64,000 nt of DNA from positions 14,309-78,308 of the forward strand of contig JAXMJE010000124.1 in assembly GCA_034376845.1 (NCBI GenBank), given 5' to 3'. A program made the translations under genes and the position numbers. Positions 1-8,738 of the stretch are shown here, piece by piece (position 1 is the stretch's first letter; each line of letters begins with the position of its first letter). The notes beneath the pieces were generated by a model that was not told the DNA's origin, searched no databases, and saw only the letters and a program-made list of their open reading frames with translations. This stretch comes from Azonexus sp. GTDB taxonomy: Bacteria; Pseudomonadota; Gammaproteobacteria; Burkholderiales; Rhodocyclaceae.

Positions 1-623
1 GTGCTGAGCGCTGTTTCTCTGAGATTTCCCTCTTGGGTTACGTCGAGCAAGCCAAACCATGAGAATCGATTCCAGCGACTACCCAGGCGATCAACCGTGT
101 GTTCAAAAAGGCGTTTTCCCAACGGTCGATCAATTGAACGCCCGACATACACAACGGTGTGATGGTCGTAAAGTATGTAAATGCCCTTCTGTTTGCCAAA
201 GTCGACAGGCTTGGAAAGCGCTTGTTGTTTTCCATACATCTTTGGATCATTACGCCATACAACTAGATTGCGTTGCCAATACATGCCGAATGAGTGAATA
301 ATTGAGTCAGATGATTCCACATCCGTTTCGAGAAGAGGCGCCAATTGATCTTGTTTGAAAACGGAGAGTGGCGCGGGTGGAGTCACTCCTGTGGGAAAGT
401 TCTTTAAGGAAAATATGCCTTTACCAACCCGTATAAACGGTGAATTTGGCCCGTCATGTTTAATTGATGAGGTTAATTGTGCATTTACAGTGCTTGCAGG
501 CGTTGCTCCGTCAGTTTCGTAGTAAGCACGCGATAATATTTGTTCAGAAATTTCTGTGTAATGCAGTGGCATCGAAGACTCTGTGAGTACCCTTTTAATG
601 GCATTTTTCCACGACTTCTCCAC
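1..623 (-). CDS. HARE-HTH winged-helix + GIY-YIG nuclease fusion protein (runs off the window edge)
   Basis: Not in the ORF track; translated by hand from GTG at 623: MEKSWKNAIKRVLTESSMPLHYTEISEQILSRAYYETDGATPASTVNAQL...FIRVGKGIFSL (HARE-HTH pattern), then KGIYILYDHHTVVYVGRSIDRPLGKRLFEH (GIY...YVG...R motif). Open to base 1; AT-rich. Confidence 0.75.
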   Translation of the reverse strand, partial: MEKSWKNAIKRVLTESSMPLHYTEISEQILSRAYYETDGATPASTVNAQLTSSIKHDGPNSPFIRVGKGIFSLKNFPTGVTPPAPLSVFKQDQLAPLLETDVESSDSIIHSFGMYWQRNLVVWRNDPKMYGKQQALSKPVDFGKQKGIYILYDHHTVVYVGRSIDRPLGKRLFEHTVDRLGSRWNRFSWFGLLDVTQEGNLRETALS

Positions 624-649
624 TGCCGCCCCCCTAAAAGCCTAAAGTC

Positions 650-964
650 TCATGCCGCATAAAGCACCTTGCCTTCACGTGCCGCCCAATAAATTGCCGA
701 TGAACGCCATTCGCGTTTTTTAGCAAAATCGGATTCTGAACAGACCAGAATATCGACCGGAATATTTAGCGGCCACAAGGCTTTGTGCAATCGCATCATT
801 TCAGCGCCGACGTCATTGACCTCGTGCTCAATCACCAGAAAATCAACCTCTGAATCGTCGACCGCATCGCCGTGGGCATGCGAACCGAACAAAATTAATT
901 TGCTTGGTGATGCAATCGAAATCAGTCGCGCCACGGCTTCCTTGATGATTGGCTCAGAAATCAT
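650..964 (-). CDS. Minimal nucleotidyltransferase (MNT) domain protein
   Basis: 104 aa with LFGSHAHGDAVDDSEVDFLV and VDILV...GKVLY, typical of Pol-beta superfamily MNTs. Confidence 0.8.
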   Translation of the reverse strand: MISEPIIKEAVARLISIASPSKLILFGSHAHGDAVDDSEVDFLVIEHEVNDVGAEMMRLHKALWPLNIPVDILVCSESDFAKKREWRSSAIYWAAREGKVLYAA

Positions 965-970
965 GGGCTA

Positions 971-2575
<1,605 letters not shown>

Positions 2576-2667
2576 TTTAGTTGGTAGTCGTTAGTAGTTA
2601 GTTGTTAGCAGGTAGGTGCGGGCTTTAGGCCGTTAGCTAGTAACTAACGACTAATGACTGGCAACTA
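2576..2667 (-). repeat. Heptamer inverted-repeat element (empty) between fis and purH
   Basis: mRNA sense: TAG ttgccag tcattag tcgttag ttactag - 21 nt - ctacctg ctaacaa ctaacta ctaacga ctaccaa ctaaa ATG. Confidence 0.9.
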
Positions 2668-2898
2668 GAGCAATTGGTGTTCGGTGAGTTTTTTACGCAG
2701 GGTGTTGCGGTTGATGCCGAGCATGTCCGAGGCCAGTGTCTGGTTGCCGCCAGCTTTGGCGAGGACAACTTCGAGCATGGGTCGCTCGACGCTTTTCAGT
2801 ACCATATCGTAAATCGCACAGGGTTTTTCGCCATCGAGATCGCGAAAATATTGCTCGAGTGCCCCCAGCACGCAAGCAGAAATGTCTTGTTGGCTCAT
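2665..2898 (-). CDS. fis: Fis family transcriptional regulator
   Basis: GNQTLASDMLGINRNTLRKKL HTH; dusB-fis-purH synteny. Confidence 0.93.
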   Translation of the reverse strand: MSQQDISACVLGALEQYFRDLDGEKPCAIYDMVLKSVERPMLEVVLAKAGGNQTLASDMLGINRNTLRKKLTEHQLL

Positions 2899-3911
2899 GC
2901 TGCCAACGCCTCCTCTGAGTTGTATTTTAGATGTTCGCTTTCTGCTGCCTGCTGGCAGAAGAAATCGTTCACCGCCTGCATCTGTTGTTCGACGCTGGGC
3001 AGTTGATTCATGTAATGGCGGAATGAGGCCGAGCCGACCAGGCCGCGGGTGTACCAGGCAATATGCTTGCGGGCGACGCGAAAGCCGGTTTCCATGCCAT
3101 AAAATTCGTAGAGGTCTTCGAGGTGCGCCTGCAGAATGGCGTGAATCTCGGTGACTTTGGCTGGCGGTAAATGCTCGCCGGTCTTCAGAAAATGTTCGAT
3201 TTCGCGAAACAGCCAGGGGCGACCCTGGGCGGCGCGGCCGATCATGATGCCGTCAGCACCCGTCGTGTCGAGCACGAATTTGGCTTTTTCCGGGGTGGTG
3301 ATGTCACCGTTGGCGATCACCGGAATCTTGATCAGCGTCTTGATCAGCGAAATGGTGTCGTACTCCGCCTCGCCGGTGTATTGCTGGCAACGGGTGCGGC
3401 CGTGGATGGCAACGGCGCGGATGCCGGCCGATTCGGCAATACGCGCGATATTCGGCGCATTGCGGTTGGCCAGGTTCCAGCCGGTGCGAAATTTCAGGGT
3501 AACCGGCGTATTCGGCACGGCCGCAACGACCGCATCGAGAATGCGCCCGACTAACGCTTCGTCCTGCATCAGCGCCGAACCGGCCATCACGTTGCAGATT
3601 TTCTTGGCCGGGCAACCCATATTGATGTCGATGATCTGGGCGCCGTTGTCCACGTTATGGCGGGCAGCTTCAGCCATCATCGCCGGTTCGGCGCCGGCGA
3701 TCTGCACGGAAATGGGGGCCACTTCGCCGGTGTGATTGGCCCGGCGAATGGTTTTGGCGCTGCCATAGAGTAGCGAATTGGAGGTGACCATTTCGGAGAC
3801 AGCCAGACCCGCGCCCATTTTTTTGCACAACTGGCGGAAAGGGCGATCCGTGACGCCGGCCATGGGCGCGACGAACAGGTTGTTACGAAGCTGGAAACCG
3901 ACGAATTCCAT
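2895..3911 (-). CDS. dusB: tRNA-dihydrouridine synthase B
   Basis: APMAGVTD, DINMGCP, IHGRT, IANGDI, MIGRAAQGRPW. Confidence 0.96.
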   Translation of the reverse strand: MEFVGFQLRNNLFVAPMAGVTDRPFRQLCKKMGAGLAVSEMVTSNSLLYGSAKTIRRANHTGEVAPISVQIAGAEPAMMAEAARHNVDNGAQIIDINMGCPAKKICNVMAGSALMQDEALVGRILDAVVAAVPNTPVTLKFRTGWNLANRNAPNIARIAESAGIRAVAIHGRTRCQQYTGEAEYDTISLIKTLIKIPVIANGDITTPEKAKFVLDTTGADGIMIGRAAQGRPWLFREIEHFLKTGEHLPPAKVTEIHAILQAHLEDLYEFYGMETGFRVARKHIAWYTRGLVGSASFRHYMNQLPSVEQQMQAVNDFFCQQAAESEHLKYNSEEALAA

Positions 3912-3970
3912 GGGGCGACTTGAGTCTTGGGAGGTCGCGAATTTTACCCGAGTCGGCGCCTAAAAAATAG

Positions 3971-4882
3971 TCAAAATATAAAGCTGAGCGCTAACAGTAA
4001 AGCGTAAGCCAGTTGCAATCCGGCGGTGGCGGCGAGTATCTGATTGAAAACCGGGCCGGGTGCTTCCCGATAAAAACGCCGGATCAGCTTGAGGCCCAAG
4101 GGCAGTGACAGCAGCGGTAGCGCCAGTCGCCAGTCGGTGTGGCTGCTCAGGAGCGCCAGGATGGGCAGGAGTAAATAAGGCGCGAGTATTTCGGCAGCGT
4201 AAATACGCTTGGTGGCCGTTCGGCCAAGTTTGACGGCCAGCGTGTTTTTGCCATTGCGGGCATCACCATCGAGGTCGCGGTAATTGTTGACGGTAATCAC
4301 CGCCGCGGCGTGCAGGCCGACCAGTGCGGCGGCAAGCAGCGCTATCGGCGTCAGGCTCAGGGTTTGCAGGTAATAGCTGCCACCGACGGCAACCAGGCCA
4401 AAAAATACAAAAACGAAGGATTCTCCGAGTGGACCGTAAGCAATCGGCTTTGGTCCGCCGGTATAGGCCCAGCCCGCGGCCAGCGAGGCGAGGCCGATCA
4501 GCACAATCGGCCAGCCGCCATGCCAGACCAGATAGATGCCGCACAGGAACGCAAGGGCAAAAACCAGCCAGGCGCCGGTCTTGACGCGCGTAACGCTGAG
4601 CCAGCCCTCGGCTGTCACCCGCTTGGGGCCGAGGCGCTCCGGCGTGTCGGTGCCGCGTAGGTAATCACCGACATCGTTGAATAGATTGGTCCCAATCTGG
4701 ATGAGCGCAGCAGCAAAAATGGCGGCGAAAAAAGGCAGCCAGAGAACCTTCCCTGTGGCGTTCCAGGCGATAGCCGTGCCGACGAGAACTGGTGATAGCG
4801 AGACGGATAGCGTCTTCGGGCGGCTGGCGAGAAACCAGACTTGTAGACGCCCAGGGTTGGCCTTGGTTTTGACTTCTTCCAG
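3971..4882 (-). CDS. menA: 1,4-dihydroxy-2-naphthoate polyprenyltransferase (probable CTG start)
   Basis: Frame extends upstream of the ORF-track start through WFLASRPKTL and GTNLFNDVGDY; also NNYRDLDGD and GKNTLAV. AAGGA lies 6 nt before CTG at 4882. Confidence 0.88.
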   Translation of the reverse strand: MEEVKTKANPGRLQVWFLASRPKTLSVSLSPVLVGTAIAWNATGKVLWLPFFAAIFAAALIQIGTNLFNDVGDYLRGTDTPERLGPKRVTAEGWLSVTRVKTGAWLVFALAFLCGIYLVWHGGWPIVLIGLASLAAGWAYTGGPKPIAYGPLGESFVFVFFGLVAVGGSYYLQTLSLTPIALLAAALVGLHAAAVITVNNYRDLDGDARNGKNTLAVKLGRTATKRIYAAEILAPYLLLPILALLSSHTDWRLALPLLSLPLGLKLIRRFYREAPGPVFNQILAATAGLQLAYALLLALSFIF

Positions 4883-5043
4883 AAAATATCCTTAATAATC
4901 AGTGGTTGTCTGTATTTTATTTTCTATTTTTACGCAAATTTTGTGTTTATGGATGAGTTTTTCGTTGGGCTGTCCACAAGATTGCTCCCTAGACGGCTCC
5001 ATTTTTTGTTTGTTTGAGTGTGCTTTTGGCTTTGCCGGAAAAG

Positions 5044-5073
5044 AAAAAGGCGAGCCAGGTTACCCCGCTCGCC
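5044..5073 (-). terminator. Intrinsic terminator after DUF2892 gene
   Basis: AAGGCGAGC...GCTCGCCTT stem; A-run on + gives U-tract on - strand. Confidence 0.65.
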
Positions 5074-5106
5074 TTGTGCAAAAAGCGCGAAAATTCTGGC
5101 GCTTAT

Positions 5107-5301
5107 TTAGTCCTTCTTCATCGGGCAGGTCTTGATGCCGAGCAGCGTGTAGGCCGGGCACCAGCCCATCAGGCCAGTGGCGAGGGGGATGATGCCGATG
5201 TAACCCCAAACCGGCAACAGGCCGGCCGCTGTGGCGCCTATCAAGCCAGCGCCGACCACAATACGTAAAATTTTATCGATACCGCCAACATTGCTAGCCA
5301 T
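5107..5301 (-). CDS. DUF2892 (YgaP-like) small membrane protein
   Basis: NVGGIDKILRIVVG...GWCPAYTLLGIKTC motif. Confidence 0.88.
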   Translation of the reverse strand: MASNVGGIDKILRIVVGAGLIGATAAGLLPVWGYIGIIPLATGLMGWCPAYTLLGIKTCPMKKD

Positions 5302-5336
5302 GATTTTCTCCGTTGAATTAAGTGGGTACGGGACGC

Positions 5337-5379
5337 ACTTTAGCGGCGCTAGCCGGGGGCGTATGTAACTTGAGTCACA
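5337..5379 (-). promoter_or_regulatory. Crp/Fnr-type box with class II promoter geometry for the DUF2892 gene
   Basis: TGTGA-ctcaag-TTACA (5379-5364) centred about -41.5 relative to a TAAAGT -10 (5342-5337). Confidence 0.65.
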
Positions 5380-6091
5380 CAGCAGCCAGTTTTTGCAGGG
5401 CGGGGCGATTGAGGATACTGAGCTGCTCGCGGCCCAGCGTGACCAGCCCTTGTGCCGCGAAACCCTTGAGCAGGCGACTCACAATTTCACGGACGCTGCC
5501 CAGTTCATCAGCCAGTTGCTGGTGGGTGACATGCAATACATCGCCCTGGCGGGCCAGCAGCAGTTTGGCCAGGCGCTGGTCAAGGCGCGAAAAGGCGACT
5601 TCTTCGACCAGTTGCATTAATTCGCCAATGCGCTCGGCGAAGAGGTGAAAAATAAAGTCGCGGAACGGGGGGTGTTCCAGCATCAGTTTTGAAAAACTGG
5701 CAACGGGCAGGGCGAGCAGCGTGATGGGCGTCTCGGCGATGCCGCGGGCGTTGTAGTCGCTATGCCCGAGCAGGCAGCTTGAACTGATGATGCAGGAGCC
5801 GCCAGGCGTCACCCGGTAAAGCAGCAATTCGCGTCCGCTGGCTGCTAGTTTGACGACTTTGATGCTGCCTTCGAGCAGCAGCGGAAAGCCGTTGCAGGGC
5901 TGGTGTTCGGCAAAGACCTGCGTGCCGGCGGGTAAATGCATGATGCCTTGCGGTTGGAGCAGGGCGGCGACTTGCTGCGGGCTGAGGCCGGCGAGCGGCG
6001 GGTATAAATTCAGCAGTTTTTCCGGGTTGACCGTAGGGGCCGCCGCTGTATCTATGGTTCTGGTGGGTGAACCGGGTGTCGGGTTTGTCAT
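5375..6091 (-). CDS. Crp/Fnr family transcriptional regulator
   Basis: cNMP-binding-like domain plus THQQLADELGSVREIVSRLLK HTH; start moved to ATG 6091 just after the xth stop. Confidence 0.92.
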   Translation of the reverse strand: MTNPTPGSPTRTIDTAAAPTVNPEKLLNLYPPLAGLSPQQVAALLQPQGIMHLPAGTQVFAEHQPCNGFPLLLEGSIKVVKLAASGRELLLYRVTPGGSCIISSSCLLGHSDYNARGIAETPITLLALPVASFSKLMLEHPPFRDFIFHLFAERIGELMQLVEEVAFSRLDQRLAKLLLARQGDVLHVTHQQLADELGSVREIVSRLLKGFAAQGLVTLGREQLSILNRPALQKLAAV

Positions 6092-6093
6092 CG

Positions 6094-6858
6094 TTAGGCC
6101 AGCGTTGCCCAGGCCGGCGCATGATCGGAGGGACGCTCCAGTTTGCGTGGGGCGCGGTCGATACCGGCGGCGGTGCAGGTTTCTGTCAGCGCTTTCGAGA
6201 GCAGGATGTGATCGATACGAAGGCCCTGATTTTTCTGGAAACCGAGCATCCGGTAATCCCACCAGGAGTAGGTTTTTTCTGGCTGCTCGAAAAGACGGAA
6301 GCTGTCTTCCAGCCCGAGGCCGACCAGGCGCTGAAAGGCGGCGCGCTCGGGTTCCGAGCAGAGAATTTTGCCGGCCCAGGCTTTCGGATCGTGTACGTCG
6401 CGGTCGTCCGGGGCAATGTTGTAGTCACCGCACAAGGCGAGTTTGGGGTGCGCCGCCAGTTCTTCGTCAACCCAAAGCGCCAGCGCATCGAGCCAGCGCA
6501 ATTTGTAATCATATTTGTCGCTGCCCACCGCCTGGCCGTTCGGGATGTAGGCGCAAATGATCCGCGTATCGCCCACGGTGCCGGTGATCAGGCGTTTTTG
6601 TTCGTCGGGAAAGTGCGGGTTGCCATACAACACATCGGTGATCGGCTGGCGTGCCAGCAGGGCGACGCCGTTATAGGTTTTTTGCCCGGAGAAGGCCACC
6701 TGATAACCGGCGGCCTCGATTTCGGCGCGAGGGAAATTGTGGTCTTCCTGCTTCAGTTCCTGCAGGCACAGCGCATCCGGTTGCTGTTCAGCCAGCCAGT
6801 CGAGCAGGTGGGGAAGGCGAACCTTCAGCGAGTTGACATTCCAGGTGGCAATTTTCAT
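6094..6858 (-). CDS. xth: Exodeoxyribonuclease III
   Basis: MKIATWNVNS, LQELK, GDYNIAP, LRIDHIL, PSDHAP. Confidence 0.97.
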   Translation of the reverse strand: MKIATWNVNSLKVRLPHLLDWLAEQQPDALCLQELKQEDHNFPRAEIEAAGYQVAFSGQKTYNGVALLARQPITDVLYGNPHFPDEQKRLITGTVGDTRIICAYIPNGQAVGSDKYDYKLRWLDALALWVDEELAAHPKLALCGDYNIAPDDRDVHDPKAWAGKILCSEPERAAFQRLVGLGLEDSFRLFEQPEKTYSWWDYRMLGFQKNQGLRIDHILLSKALTETCTAAGIDRAPRKLERPSDHAPAWATLA

Positions 6859-8075
6859 GTGATCGTAAAACCCTTGGCTGGTTCTTCTTGAAGCGTTGGA
6901 AAGACCGGCATTGCGCGGATCATGAATTCGTCAAATAGAGGAACCGTGAAAGCCATATCGCCATGTGCCGGACTGTAGATCATTCCCTTCCTGATTAACT
7001 TGGCGCGAACGGGGCCGATGCCCTTTACTGAAACGCCAAGCGTGGCTGCAATATCGCCTGTCCGATGGCTGCCCGCGCCTAGCTGGGCCATGGCGCGCAG
7101 AAAGTTTTTTTCGCTGGGCGTCAGTCGATCAAAACGCACACGGAAAAAATTTTTGTCCAATCGACGGATAACCTCGGGCGTCGCGTCCTGCACGACTTTC
7201 AGCGTGATGGGGCTGGCTGTTGCCATATTCCATGATTGATAACCCCATTCCTGAAGGAAGTAGGGGTAGCCATGCGTCAGGCGGTACACGTCTCGCAATG
7301 CATCATCTTCATATTCGACGCCCACGTTTCTGGCCGGGTCGCGCAATGCCTTGGCGGCATCAGCCTCGGATAGCGCGCCAATGTCAGGGAGGTTGAACAG
7401 CCGCTCGGCATACGATTTCGATTCGCCGGCCATGCCGGGAAGGACCGGCAAGCCGGCAGCGATGAGCACGAGCGGCAGTTGTTTTTGCTGCATCTTGTGC
7501 ATTGCCATGATGATGGCCCCGAGCTCTTTCTGGCTCAGGTACTGAATCTCGTCGATCAAAATAGCAACGGCGGTTTGTCTTTCTTCAGCGGCTTCAGCAA
7601 TGGCGATGAACAGGTTGGGCAGGTCAATTTCCAGGTCGCCGCTATCTGCCGTGCCTTTCGCCGCCTCGATATCCAGGCCCATGGCGACGTCGCCAACGGT
7701 GAGCTTGATGCTGCCAATAAAGCTTCGTAAGACCGCCAGACCACGCTTTACTTTGTCACCTGCGCCAGCAGTCCGATCCAATTCATACAACAGGCCACGC
7801 AGGGCCGGAAAGATCAACTCGCCAAGCGGCTTTTCTTCATGTGCTTCAAGCAATATTGATTGATAGCCATCTTTCCTGGCCATTCGCTCAATTTCGTTCA
7901 GCAACACAGTTTTTCCAACACCACGCAGCCCAGTTAGCAAAAGGCTTTTCTCGGGGCGTTTTTGTTTGACCCGCCCGAGAAGGATGCGCGCCTCCTCCAG
8001 TAGCGGGTCTCTCCCGACCAGTTCTGGTGGCGGAGCTCCCGCTCCGGGTGAAAAAGGATTTTTGATTGGATCCAT
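6855..8075 (-). CDS. AAA-family P-loop ATPase with C-terminal winged helix
   Basis: NPFSPGAGAPPPELVGR, Walker A GLRGVGKT, Walker B ILIDE, GYPYFLQ; AGGAG before ATG 8075; stop overlaps the xth start. Confidence 0.88.
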   Translation of the reverse strand: MDPIKNPFSPGAGAPPPELVGRDPLLEEARILLGRVKQKRPEKSLLLTGLRGVGKTVLLNEIERMARKDGYQSILLEAHEEKPLGELIFPALRGLLYELDRTAGAGDKVKRGLAVLRSFIGSIKLTVGDVAMGLDIEAAKGTADSGDLEIDLPNLFIAIAEAAEERQTAVAILIDEIQYLSQKELGAIIMAMHKMQQKQLPLVLIAAGLPVLPGMAGESKSYAERLFNLPDIGALSEADAAKALRDPARNVGVEYEDDALRDVYRLTHGYPYFLQEWGYQSWNMATASPITLKVVQDATPEVIRRLDKNFFRVRFDRLTPSEKNFLRAMAQLGAGSHRTGDIAATLGVSVKGIGPVRAKLIRKGMIYSPAHGDMAFTVPLFDEFMIRAMPVFPTLQEEPAKGFTIT

Positions 8076-8083
8076 CGTTGCTC

Positions 8084-8161
8084 CTAACAATCTCTAACTA
8101 ATTCTATTCATTTTTAAATAGACATGCTTAGACTTTGATAGATATTGTTAGTTATCGCTAG
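8084..8161. promoter_or_regulatory. 10-bp-phased CTA/TAG dyad upstream of the AAA ATPase (putative operator)
   Basis: CTA at 8084, 8094, 8104 and TAG at 8119, 8129, 8139, 8149, 8159; symmetric about 8112.5. Confidence 0.6.
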
Positions 8162-8210
8162 TGGCAGGCCTCATATGGTTAGTGCTTCTAACGGGCTTTG
8201 CGCTACTGAA

Positions 8211-8714
8211 TCAATTGGTTTTTTCCACCGGCGGCAGTCCGCCCGAGGGTTTGCTGCCATAAGGGGCGGATTTCGGGTAGCCGGCGAGGTCGAGCAGGTT
8301 GTTGTAGGCGCCGGCTTCAAAGCCGCGGAAGCTCTGTTTGCCGACTTTCAGCGAGGGGATGAAAACATCGCCGACCAGTTGTTTCAGCTCGTTGGCATCT
8401 TCAGCTTTCTGCAGCATTTTTTCGCTGAAGGGGATGCCGCGTGCATTCAATGTGTCGCGTGCCTGTTGGCAGTCGGTCGTGCAGTCGGCTGAGGTATAGA
8501 GGATCACCGGGTAACTCTCCTTTGCCTTGCGTAAGGCGAAGGAGAGACCATCAGATTTTTCGTGATTGCCACCTAGTTTGGATACGCTTTTGGCGGTACT
8601 CGGTGGTGGCGTGTCGGAAATGATGGTACGGCCGGTCGCATCGACCCAGCGATACGATTCGGCCGTGGCACTGGTACTGGCCAGCACCAGGCAGAGGATG
8701 AACAGAGGACGCAT
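8211..8714 (-). CDS. Exported DUF4124 + glutaredoxin-domain protein
   Basis: Signal peptide, YRWVDATGRTIISDTPPP, VILYTSADCTTDC. Confidence 0.8.
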   Translation of the reverse strand: MRPLFILCLVLASTSATAESYRWVDATGRTIISDTPPPSTAKSVSKLGGNHEKSDGLSFALRKAKESYPVILYTSADCTTDCQQARDTLNARGIPFSEKMLQKAEDANELKQLVGDVFIPSLKVGKQSFRGFEAGAYNNLLDLAGYPKSAPYGSKPSGGLPPVEKTN

Positions 8715-8738
8715 CTTCAATCTCCCTCAAGCAATTGA

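Noticed and set aside
631-649. Heptamer arm between the MNT and nuclease genes (gactttag gcttttag)
   Set aside because: Only two units, with an 8-nt period and no opposing arm within the window.
2576-2664. ZTP (pfl) riboswitch upstream of purH
   Set aside because: The spacer is fully accounted for by heptamer arms; no recognisable aptamer motif.
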